Below are positions 8,266 through 15,441 of a DNA stretch of 38,598 nt, piece after piece. The notes under the pieces were generated by a model. That model was not told where the DNA came from, ran no database searches, and saw only the letters and a program-made list of their open reading frames with translations. A program made the translations under genes and the position numbers. The first letter of the stretch is position 1. Each line of letters opens with the position of its first letter. The stretch spans positions 1 through 38,598 of IMG/VR virus record IMGVR_UViG_3300032212_000069, one strand, 5' to 3'. Source of the stretch: a virus (lineage: Duplodnaviria > Caudoviricetes).

Positions 8266-8367
8266 ATGGGTGCTTTAATTATGATCGGCTTTATTGTTTG
8301 GGTGTTCTTTATGAACCCCATTGTTGGTATGTTGTTACTAATACTGCTCGCAATCATGGCAAAATAG
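8266..8367 (+). CDS. 33-aa hydrophobic micropeptide
   Basis: MGALIMIGFIVWVFFMNPIVGMLLLILLAIMAK after AGGGG SD (3' part of track ORF 8155..8367). Confidence 0.55.
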   Translation: MGALIMIGFIVWVFFMNPIVGMLLLILLAIMAK

Positions 8368-8482
8368 CCCTTGCCGATCAATTTGTCGCCCTGTAAGCCG
8401 TTTAAATCGACTATCTAGCCTTGATTAATGCTAATGGGTGACTATTACTATGATCGCTTAAAAGAGGTCTGCTGCGGTATTC

Positions 8483-8506
8483 AAAAAAATACCCCTATTA
8501 AGGGGC
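8483..8506 (-). terminator. intrinsic terminator
   Basis: Minus strand GCCCCT-TAAT-AGGGGT then ATTTTTTT. Confidence 0.55.
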
Positions 8507-8580
8507 TAATGTCGCGGAGTTTCTAGCTTCTTAGGGGCTAAATAACTCGAATTTTGGACGCAACTATATCGTAGTTACCC

Positions 8581-8605
8581 AAAAACCCCGCACTATGGCA
8601 GGGTT
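8581..8605 (-). terminator. intrinsic terminator
   Basis: Minus strand AACCCTGC-CATAGT-GCGGGGTT then TTT, just after the T5orf172 gene. Confidence 0.6.
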
Positions 8606-8629
8606 GGAGGGGAATATGTAGCTTATATA

Positions 8630-9088
8630 CTATGAATAATTGCTGATTATTGCCTCAATTTCTTCCTTTTCGGTGTCGGGGCATATCGCCGAAAGGTTAT
8701 TTGGCATACCATCAACCACTTCCCAGAAATTATTTAGTGCGTTGCCTATGTTTTTCTCTCTTGCTCTGTTTATCCCGTCAATTGGCTCGTATGTTGCTTT
8801 TATTTCAAGTTTTTTGGCGCAATCCTTGGCTGCTTCGTTTGCCTTCTTCCATGAGCAATTAAACCATTCACCCCGTATTCTCTTGTCCTCACCAGCCAAA
8901 AGCAGATGGATGGCATGCTCAAGATCGTAAGCCGATTGTTTGTCGGGAACATGATAAAGAGTCTCAAGTGTCAATAGGCACGGATTTGCATTCTGCAAAG
9001 CATCTAGCCGCCCCATCATGTTATTAGAAACGCCCACCTTCCTTACGGAGGTTTCATCTAGTCTTACAATATATACAAAATACTTCAT
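8630..9088 (-). CDS. T5orf172/MUG113-type GIY-YIG nuclease
   Basis: FVYIV...KVGVSNN...RLDALQNANP...LEHAIH...RIRGEWF. Confidence 0.85.
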   Translation of the reverse strand: MKYFVYIVRLDETSVRKVGVSNNMMGRLDALQNANPCLLTLETLYHVPDKQSAYDLEHAIHLLLAGEDKRIRGEWFNCSWKKANEAAKDCAKKLEIKATYEPIDGINRAREKNIGNALNNFWEVVDGMPNNLSAICPDTEKEEIEAIISNYS

Positions 9089-9127
9089 TTATAACGCCTA
9101 TATATTTAAAACTATCCCATTAGTACA

Positions 9128-9156
9128 ATTTTCTCATTTTTTTTCTCTATTGTCAA
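9128..9156 (-). promoter_or_regulatory. candidate late promoter (pR'-like)
   Basis: TTGACA-17 bp-GAAAAT with extended TGn, downstream of the Q-like gene. Confidence 0.55.
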
Positions 9157-9368
9157 TAGATTTTATAACTGTTATTAGTTTTACTTATGCTCTGTATAGA
9201 AAACCCTCTCTATCTGCAAAACCAAATCGCTTATATCATTCATTACTTGTAGTTCGGTATAGGCTGTGTTTGTAGATAGCGTTTTTCTTATCTGCTTCCA
9301 ATCCTTTGATTTAATTGTAAATTATAGGGTCGCTTGTATTTCATCTGGGTTCTTGATTGTAGTTATGC

Positions 9369-9932
9369 TCATTCACTTAATTTCCTTTGTAGGTGGTTTT
9401 CTAGTTCGTTCTTCCAATCTGCCAACTGGCTAAGGGCTGCACTATAATCCCATGCCCATTGTCGCCACTTGAACCGTGTATATTCTTCTCCTAATTCATC
9501 AGCTATGATTCGTCCTTTTTCTTCTGGGGTCATTCTGTAATTGCCTTCAACGCATTGAGTTGACGCGCAAGGGATTGTTAGCATCCCATCACTATCAACG
9601 TCTTTGGCCTCGTCTGGGTGCTCTATGGTTCGGTAGATAAAACCGCGCCCTTCGCATACATGGCATTTGGTATCCCCTATTTCTTCATGTACCGCTATGA
9701 GTGAGACTATTTGCGCTATGGCTGGATTAACGTCTATTGCCTGTTGTAGTTTGTTTTCAAGTTCCCGCCTTGCCTCGTTGTCTCCGTGCATTGCATAAGC
9801 GTAAAGATATGCGCCCCCATTAAGCCCTGATAATGCTTGTCCTATTTGTTGAGGGGTCAACCCATCGAAGCCACCTGTAGAAGTCCAGCTTGAAGTCTTG
9901 GCGTTTAATAGTGTCATTAGATCGGATTTCAT
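9369..9932 (-). CDS. antitermination protein Q-like late regulator
   Basis: Last gene of the nin-like region; CHVCEGRG...CASTQCVEG zinc motif; ATGA-coupled start at 9932. Confidence 0.6.
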   Translation of the reverse strand: MKSDLMTLLNAKTSSWTSTGGFDGLTPQQIGQALSGLNGGAYLYAYAMHGDNEARRELENKLQQAIDVNPAIAQIVSLIAVHEEIGDTKCHVCEGRGFIYRTIEHPDEAKDVDSDGMLTIPCASTQCVEGNYRMTPEEKGRIIADELGEEYTRFKWRQWAWDYSAALSQLADWKNELENHLQRKLSE

Positions 9933-10123
9933 CTTCTCTCTTTCTCCCCTTCTAGGCACTCATAGCAAAACCATTTCATTTTTCCGCGTGTCTGGAGTTC
10001 TTGCCAGCCAAGCTTAAATACATCGTGTTTATGGTCTTTCATAAAGCAAATAGAGCAAGTTACTTGATTCTCTTTTGCTCCGAGGTTGTATAGGTTCTGT
10101 CTATTCTTGTATTTCATAATCAA
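9929..10123 (-). CDS. small zinc-finger protein
   Basis: CSIC...WFCYEC. Confidence 0.55.
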   Translation of the reverse strand: MIMKYKNRQNLYNLGAKENQVTCSICFMKDHKHDVFKLGWQELQTRGKMKWFCYECLEGEKERR

Positions 10124-10409
10124 TTTCTATTGTTGTTTTTTCTTCTTTGCTCTTTCGGCTTTCAAAAGTAACGCTCTTGACTTGTTCGGTCGAATCATCT
10201 GCCAATATTCCAGCTTGGACAATTCCGTCAATGACTGCTTTGGCTGATATACCGTCAGGGTCGTGCTTGAGTTTTCGGTAACTGATAATTCTGATATGGA
10301 CTTGTGAAGCCACTTGCGCAAAGCTATTCTTTGGAAGTGTTGCATGGCTAAGATTCTGTTCCATGTCGGTAGCGGGTAAGGTAGCTCTATTCTTATTTTC
10401 ATTTGACAA
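10101..10409 (-). CDS. RusA-like Holliday junction resolvase, catalytic C-terminal half (frame B)
   Basis: HDPDGISAKAVIDGIVQAGILADD resembles the RusA DxD..K...D...AG...DD motif; start uncertain (TTG 10409 or ATG 10364). Confidence 0.7.
   Translation of the reverse strand: MSNENKNRATLPATDMEQNLSHATLPKNSFAQVASQVHIRIISYRKLKHDPDGISAKAVIDGIVQAGILADDSTEQVKSVTFESRKSKEEKTTIEIDYEIQE
10127..10402 (-). CDS. overlapping ORF carrying a RusA-like N-terminus (frame A)
   Basis: MKIRIELPYPLPTWNRIL resembles the RusA LPxPPSxN start; ATGA-coupled to the upstream gene. Confidence 0.55.
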   Translation of the reverse strand: MKIRIELPYPLPTWNRILAMQHFQRIALRKWLHKSISELSVTENSSTTLTVYQPKQSLTELSKLEYWQMIRPNKSRALLLKAERAKKKKQQ

Positions 10410-10713
10410 CGATTAATCCTTGTTCAATTAGCAATTTTTGCGTCCTCATAACACCCTCGAAGTGCATTAACTTTATGTCTGACTCCATCCATCCAAATTC
10501 TTTTATTAGATTGCGCCTAAAATCTATTGCATCATGGCAATCACTACAGCAATATGCGCCTTGATAGTCTGGGTTCTTCATCCCCATGCCGCCGCCGTTA
10601 AGGTGCGCGAGTACGGTTGTCTCAGGGTTGAAGTTGCAAACGTGGGGTATTCTTACTTGACAGTCTTGACCCCTTGCGCTTTTTCTTATCTTGCTATTCT
10701 TCTTTGCCGCCAT
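10399..10713 (-). CDS. DUF1364/YbcO-like putative nuclease
   Basis: IRKSARGQDCQVRIPHVCNFNPETTVLAH...GAYCCSDCHDAID. Confidence 0.85.
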   Translation of the reverse strand: MAAKKNSKIRKSARGQDCQVRIPHVCNFNPETTVLAHLNGGGMGMKNPDYQGAYCCSDCHDAIDFRRNLIKEFGWMESDIKLMHFEGVMRTQKLLIEQGLIVVK

Positions 10714-10921
10714 TTATCACCTTTAATTCTGGCTTTGCTTGATCTTCTGCCAGCCTTAATAAAACTTCGCTTGCTTTCTGCCTTAACTCCGCTGCCCTGT
10801 TAGCTCTGCCCTGACTTCTCATTAAATCCCTTGCTGATTCGCTTTCTAATCTCTCAGCTTCGACCTTGTAGACCGCTGCAAGGCGTGTGATTGTTTTTAC
10901 TTGTTCTTTGCTTAATTTCAT
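10694..10921 (-). CDS. hypothetical protein
   Basis: Coupled ORF in the nin-like operon. Confidence 0.55.
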   Translation of the reverse strand: MKLSKEQVKTITRLAAVYKVEAERLESESARDLMRSQGRANRAAELRQKASEVLLRLAEDQAKPELKVINGGKEE

Positions 10922-11229
10922 ATCATTGGTGGTTCGTTAGATGGGAATGGAATTGACACCCCAAAGTTTTCAGCCATGTGCCGATCTAATACCTTGTGAA
11001 CCTCGCTCACTTCTTTTGTATCGAGCTTTGCGGTTGATTCTTTGTCAAACATGGCTTGTTGAATAGGTTTCCATAAAGCCGCTTTAACGCTTTCTTGTGT
11101 CCACGGCACTTGTGCTGTCTTGACCTCAAAAACTGCCTTCATGTCATAACCTGCATCGTTAAGCTGCTCGGCTAGTAGCTCGCAGTATTTGTGCATTGCT
11201 GCGTTTTGGGTAAGGGTTCTATTTGTCAT
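10918..11229 (-). CDS. NinB/Orf-like recombination accessory protein
   Basis: RTLTQNAAMH...STAKLDTKEVSE...FGVSIPFP. Confidence 0.7.
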   Translation of the reverse strand: MTNRTLTQNAAMHKYCELLAEQLNDAGYDMKAVFEVKTAQVPWTQESVKAALWKPIQQAMFDKESTAKLDTKEVSEVHKVLDRHMAENFGVSIPFPSNEPPMI

Positions 11230-11447
11230 GCCCCACCCGACAATCTTTCATCAAAAAAATGTAATAGCTTTCTGTACAACTCCGGTCTATCCGACAAAGC
11301 CCCTTGTGATGAGCTAAAATCAACTAGAGCGATATAAGCGTCCAATAGATCGTCTGCTGCCTCTATACGGCAACGAAGGGCTTGATAACAAGTAGATGCT
11401 TGTAATGGCTCATTAAGGTCACATACGGTAGCTGTTGATTCGCTCAT
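11226..11447 (-). CDS. hypothetical protein
   Basis: ATGA-coupled on both sides. Confidence 0.55.
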   Translation of the reverse strand: MSESTATVCDLNEPLQASTCYQALRCRIEAADDLLDAYIALVDFSSSQGALSDRPELYRKLLHFFDERLSGGA

Positions 11448-11767
11448 AAAGCCTTCTCCATAATTGACCGATTAACGATTGGAATATTATTTAGGTAATA
11501 CTTTTCGATTGATTGGCTCATACCGTCCGATATTCCGTGATCGGTATAAACTGCGATTAAATCCGCTTGCTTGCCCCATGCTTGACCGCACTCTATCCCC
11601 TGCTTTCTTTGTTCTGGGTCGTTATCGTCTAGGAATTGAGTGTAAAGGGCGTGACTAGCGTAAGGGGCTTCACCTCTTGCCAGAGAGTCAGCAAAACATA
11701 GAGCAAGGTATTCTTTGTTTTTCTCTGTGTCGCCAGCAAAGGGTGATTCGATTATGATTTTTTTCAC
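11444..11767 (-). CDS. nucleoside deoxyribosyltransferase-like fold protein
   Basis: IIIESPFAGD...GEAPYASHALYTQFLDD...AVYTDHGISDGM. Confidence 0.65.
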   Translation of the reverse strand: MKKIIIESPFAGDTEKNKEYLALCFADSLARGEAPYASHALYTQFLDDNDPEQRKQGIECGQAWGKQADLIAVYTDHGISDGMSQSIEKYYLNNIPIVNRSIMEKAL

Positions 11768-11928
11768 TCTGTGTCCTCATAAATGTTTACGTTGTATGAA
11801 TCCCATCGTTTGTTTGCTTCTTTCATGCTTTCAATCTTAAAACCTGATGGCTTACCAAATGTCTCTGATAGTTCTTTGTAGAAACTCATAAAGGCTTTGT
11901 CTTGTTTCATGGTTTCCGTTGGGTTCAT
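11764..11928 (-). CDS. hypothetical protein, 54 aa
   Basis: Hand-translated MNPTETMKQDKAFMSFYKELSETFGKP...; ATGA and GTGA coupling. Confidence 0.55.
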   Translation of the reverse strand: MNPTETMKQDKAFMSFYKELSETFGKPSGFKIESMKEANKRWDSYNVNIYEDTE

Positions 11929-12890
11929 ACGTAGCTCTTTGTGAATTTAGGCACTTTCCTTTGAAACTGTAGTGACTTCTCTAGGAAATGAAGCCCTATC
12001 GTTCCTTCGTATTCGCTGTTACGTTGCTTCTCAACTTTAAGTTTTACGTCCCATCTTGCAGGGTCATTCAAAACAACATGATCTTCTGGTGTCAGAAAAG
12101 CATCTGGCTTTTGCTTAATGGTTTTCTTCTCAACGTCAGTCCACACTATGAATATGCTGGATGCTTGATTACTAATATCGCTACCGCCACTAATATCGTA
12201 ACGATCTGGAACATATCTCTTGTCGTTTGGCGGCTTTCTCATGTGTGCTACTAGGTGAATATCCATGCCCGTATCTTTGGCGATAGAGTCGAGAGAGTTA
12301 AGAAAATTTTTCTGAGCAGGGTAATCATCTGGACTCATGCCGGATTTCATTAAACTGTCAATTACGAGAAAATCTAAGCCAAGTTCTGTGCCACAATAGC
12401 CAGCCATTTTTAATATTCGTTCAGTGGGTACGTTGTTTTGTTGGTCGTAAAGGTAAAGTTTGTTTTGTATTGTTGGGAAAAATTGATCTAATGATTTTTC
12501 TGATAGCTCTTGATACCCTACCGCTTGTGCTGCGATTCGCTTTAGGGTAACTACTGGTTTCATTTCAAGACTTGCTATACAACCTGATAGCCCTTGTTGA
12601 ATCCAGTGGTAGGCACAAAATCCAGTAAGCATGCTTTTCTTGTGACCGTTGTACCCTGTCCACAAATGAACGCCTGCCTCGTTAAACCTCACTTTGTCGT
12701 GAGTATCCGCCCAAGGTAATGTTGCGCCAGTGGCGTTTTCTGGTGAGTTCAGGTGGTTAAGTAATTCATCCCTGTAGTTTGATGCCTCCTTGATGTTTAC
12801 TGAGTCGTCAGGTAATACAAACGAGTCGATTCTATTTTGATCTATCAACATATCGTCTGCGATTTGGGCTAGGTGTTGTTGGTAGCTCAT
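11925..12890 (-). CDS. SF4 (DnaB/T7 gp4-like) replicative helicase
   Basis: Walker A-like GYNGHKKS, ASLEM, FLVIDSL, HLVAHMRK, DISGGSDI, VEKQRN. Confidence 0.85.
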   Translation of the reverse strand: MSYQQHLAQIADDMLIDQNRIDSFVLPDDSVNIKEASNYRDELLNHLNSPENATGATLPWADTHDKVRFNEAGVHLWTGYNGHKKSMLTGFCAYHWIQQGLSGCIASLEMKPVVTLKRIAAQAVGYQELSEKSLDQFFPTIQNKLYLYDQQNNVPTERILKMAGYCGTELGLDFLVIDSLMKSGMSPDDYPAQKNFLNSLDSIAKDTGMDIHLVAHMRKPPNDKRYVPDRYDISGGSDISNQASSIFIVWTDVEKKTIKQKPDAFLTPEDHVVLNDPARWDVKLKVEKQRNSEYEGTIGLHFLEKSLQFQRKVPKFTKSYV

Positions 12891-13255
12891 CCTTGTACCC
12901 TCATAATTGCTGATTCAAATTGGTTAATCTCAAGCGGGTCAAGTTTCTGACCGCGATCATGTTTAGCCTTAAAGTTCTTTATCGTGTTTATATCTGCTTG
13001 GCGCGTACCTGTTCTTGAAACACCGTTGTCGTTAGGGAATAAATCACTAGCGTTAAGCCCCAGTGCGTGTGCCACGTCTATTCCCGATGCTCCGCAGCCA
13101 AAACAATTCATAATGACTTTCCCGTCGGGTAATTCTTTAATGCCGAGTGATGGAGTCTTTTCGTTATGGCAAGGGCATAAGGCTTTGTACTGGTTCTTAC
13201 CTGTAGGCTTGCAATCAAGTAATGACGTTATAGTGTCGATTGGGTTACATGACAT
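12887..13255 (-). CDS. stand-alone primase-type CHC2 zinc-binding domain protein
   Basis: ALCPCHNEKTPSL...NCFGCGA; 122 aa with no TOPRIM domain. Confidence 0.8.
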   Translation of the reverse strand: MSCNPIDTITSLLDCKPTGKNQYKALCPCHNEKTPSLGIKELPDGKVIMNCFGCGASGIDVAHALGLNASDLFPNDNGVSRTGTRQADINTIKNFKAKHDRGQKLDPLEINQFESAIMRVQG

Positions 13256-13916
13256 AATCGTTACTCGCTACTGATTCGCCGCTTAGTCTCTCGTCTGTCC
13301 ACTTTTCTTTAAGCAGGTATTTGCGAGGGCTTGGTATGTATTGCTTTTCTGTTTCGTTATAGCGAGTGCGGCAATCTTCTATTGCTATAGCTCTTTTCTT
13401 GTCACTTAACTTGTTCCATGCTATCTCTGCATCTACCTTGTCCACCCTCTTAGGCCATACATTCCAGAAATCAGAAAATGGAATTGAGCATATGTTCTTA
13501 TGGTTTTCTTTAAGATCTTTATGGTCTTCTTTATATATGCTGTTTACCGAGCGTATCGGATCTCCGAGAGTCCGGTTTTCAGCACCCTCGGGAATATCAA
13601 TGACTTGCGTGTGATTTACCCATGTAACCGATCCTTGAAGATTATTTGTATCTGGGTCTTTGATATAGGCTTTTGTTAGTAAGCCTTTGTTTACAAGCTC
13701 TTTTCTTGCTCTTGAGTAACGTGTTTGCCCTAAAGAGAATCTTTCCATCAAATCTACCTTGCGAACCACCCAATTTTCAGGTCGCGTAATGAGGTACAGC
13801 CAGATAGCTAAAGCGTCTGGATTCTCTATCACATTCACAGTCGCCCTAGGGATAATCTCGTAAGGGATTTTTGTCTTACGAAGGTATTGTCCGTCAATTT
13901 TATTTACTGGCATCAT
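13245..13916 (-). CDS. replication initiator (O-like)
   Basis: N-terminal wHTH-like ALAIWLYLITRPENW; C-terminal FSDFWNVWPKRVDK...AWNKL...YIPSPRKYL; upstream of the helicase. Confidence 0.75.
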   Translation of the reverse strand: MMPVNKIDGQYLRKTKIPYEIIPRATVNVIENPDALAIWLYLITRPENWVVRKVDLMERFSLGQTRYSRARKELVNKGLLTKAYIKDPDTNNLQGSVTWVNHTQVIDIPEGAENRTLGDPIRSVNSIYKEDHKDLKENHKNICSIPFSDFWNVWPKRVDKVDAEIAWNKLSDKKRAIAIEDCRTRYNETEKQYIPSPRKYLLKEKWTDERLSGESVASNDYVM

Positions 13917-14007
13917 AATGTTCCCGTTATTTTTATTAAAATCACCACATGGACTCCGCAGGTTAGGAGGGTTACAGCGCGAGCCTGCGAAGCCCTAACG
14001 ATTGTGG

Positions 14008-14439
14008 CTAACCGTGCAATAACCCCGCGCTGAGTGTTTCTGGTTTGTATAGCTTTCTGCCGTAGTCTTGTACTGGTGCGATAGTCTTTAAGTGCTTAAC
14101 TTCGCGTTGTGTTGGTAGTTCATCTTGATCCCAACGGTAAGGAACACCACACGAATGATTAACCCATTGACCACAACCGTTGCCATGTTCTGCCTCAATA
14201 GCGTCTATATGAGCATCATTAGCAAGGATTTCATTGATGGCGGCTTGAACTTCAACCTCAAAATCTTCATAGGAAATATCTTTGGTGAAAGACCCTAAAA
14301 AACGATCTTCGTATTTAGAGTAGATGCTTGGAAAGCCCTGCTCTGAACAGGCTGTAATTCTTGTTTTTCCCTTCATAAACAGGTATCTAGGGTTTTTTGA
14401 TGTACGGTTCTGCAACTGCTCAAAAGCAAGTTTAATCAT
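14008..14439 (-). CDS. hypothetical protein, first gene of the pR-like operon
   Basis: GGAGGGAG SD; no HTH recognisable. Confidence 0.6.
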   Translation of the reverse strand: MIKLAFEQLQNRTSKNPRYLFMKGKTRITACSEQGFPSIYSKYEDRFLGSFTKDISYEDFEVEVQAAINEILANDAHIDAIEAEHGNGCGQWVNHSCGVPYRWDQDELPTQREVKHLKTIAPVQDYGRKLYKPETLSAGLLHG

Positions 14440-14546
14440 GTCTCCCTCCAGAGTAGGTAATTGCTTACGGGTACTTAGGCAACTACTTACATATTTATTT
14501 TTAGAATTGGTATAAAGTAATGTCCAACATGGACGTTACAGTTATC

Positions 14547-14575
14547 ACTGTACACAATCAGACTACACGGGTCAA
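14547..14575 (-). promoter_or_regulatory. pR-like early promoter with overlapping 19-bp operator (14549-14567)
   Basis: TTGACC-17 bp-TACAGT; operator TGTAGTC-TGATT-GTGTACA on the minus strand. Confidence 0.8.
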
Positions 14576-14584
14576 GAGTGTAGG

Positions 14585-14613
14585 ATGAAAAGGGACATTA
14601 AATTATGTATAAT
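14585..14613 (+). promoter_or_regulatory. pRM-like repressor promoter, probably leaderless
   Basis: ATGAAA-17 bp-TATAAT with ATG 14620 at the expected +1; no SD. Confidence 0.6.
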
Positions 14614-14619
14614 GTACAC

Positions 14620-15012
14620 ATGAAAGATTCAACGGAGTTTGGGAAGCGGTTTTGTGCGGCACTTGAGTATGCTGGCTACAAGGATATGTCTGTTAGAAAT
14701 TTGGCAGATAGATTAGGGGTCGGCTTCACATCAATAGACTGTTGGAAGCGAGGCGCTAAGACACCAAGTGCAGAACGTCAAATCCAATTAAGCGATCACT
14801 TAGGCGTTGACGCTGGCTGGTTAATTACAGGTCGTGGAGTAATGAATGACGATCCAGCTATTAAAATCCTAGCTCAAATCGTTTCACAGATGAATGATAT
14901 ACAGCGTAAAGAGGTGTTTGACTACGCCGCATATATTCTGGAACGCGGCGCAGACAAATCTAAGAGGGAAGGTGAACCTCAATCAAACACTGAGAATCTC
15001 CGCGAGCTATAG
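14620..15012 (+). CDS. XRE-family HTH prophage repressor lacking an S24 peptidase domain
   Basis: FGKRF...SVRNLADRLGVGFTSIDCWKRGAKTPS...LSDHLGVDAGWLITGRG; about 130 aa; lies between divergent early promoters. Confidence 0.88.
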   Translation: MKDSTEFGKRFCAALEYAGYKDMSVRNLADRLGVGFTSIDCWKRGAKTPSAERQIQLSDHLGVDAGWLITGRGVMNDDPAIKILAQIVSQMNDIQRKEVFDYAAYILERGADKSKREGEPQSNTENLREL

Positions 15013-15340
15013 ACTTCTTGATTTCAACAGTTGCGCCCTCACAGCAAGACTGAGCCATTTCAGAAAAAACCACCTGAGTAACCCTGCATAGCTCTGGGCT
15101 ACCCTTAGAGTTACCGAAAGGACACCTACACCCCTTTAGAACTATCTTGTCTGTATCTTTGGATTCGATCCAAAAAACACCACCGATTTTATTCTTTAAC
15201 TTACACAAGCAATCACCGATTGTATTAACGCCCAGACTTCTGCCTGCTAATACCTTTCCAGCAAATTCCTTTGCGCTGGCATCTATATCCTGATTCCCCG
15301 CTACCGATCTTAATAAATCCCCAAAAAATTCCCCATGCAT
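14960..15340 (-). CDS. 4VR-fold, methanogen output domain 1 (MetOD1)-like protein, 126 aa
   Basis: IVLKGCRCPFG...PELCRVTQVVF...VEIKKSIARGDSQCLIEVHL; AAGGAGGT SD before ATG 15340. Confidence 0.75.
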   Translation of the reverse strand: MHGEFFGDLLRSVAGNQDIDASAKEFAGKVLAGRSLGVNTIGDCLCKLKNKIGGVFWIESKDTDKIVLKGCRCPFGNSKGSPELCRVTQVVFSEMAQSCCEGATVEIKKSIARGDSQCLIEVHLPS

Positions 15341-15366
15341 AACGACCTCCTTTTGTTGTTGAAATG

Positions 15367-15395
15367 AGTATAGACCAAAAAAATACAAATGTGTA
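15367..15395 (-). promoter_or_regulatory. promoter of the MetOD1-like gene with a degenerate operator (15369-15387)
   Basis: TACACA-17 bp-TATACT; TGTATTT-TTTTG-GTCTATA in the same register as the other operators. Confidence 0.5.
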
Positions 15396-15406
15396 CACTT
15401 TTGCGC

Positions 15407-15435
15407 TTGCTTTTTGTAGTCAATTAGTCTACAGT
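15407..15435 (+). promoter_or_regulatory. pL-like early promoter with overlapping 19-bp operator (15415-15433)
   Basis: TTGCTT-17 bp-TACAGT; operator TGTAGTC-AATTA-GTCTACA. Confidence 0.8.
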
Positions 15436-15441
15436 CTTGAT

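Noticed and set aside
14500-14535. 9-codon ORF MLDITLYQF as a cro equivalent
   Set aside because: Too short for a DNA-binding domain and lacks an SD; noted only as a possible leader peptide
15364-15441. N-terminal extension of track ORF 15364..15693
   Set aside because: It spans the pL-like promoter and operator; ATG 15442 or 15448 fits better
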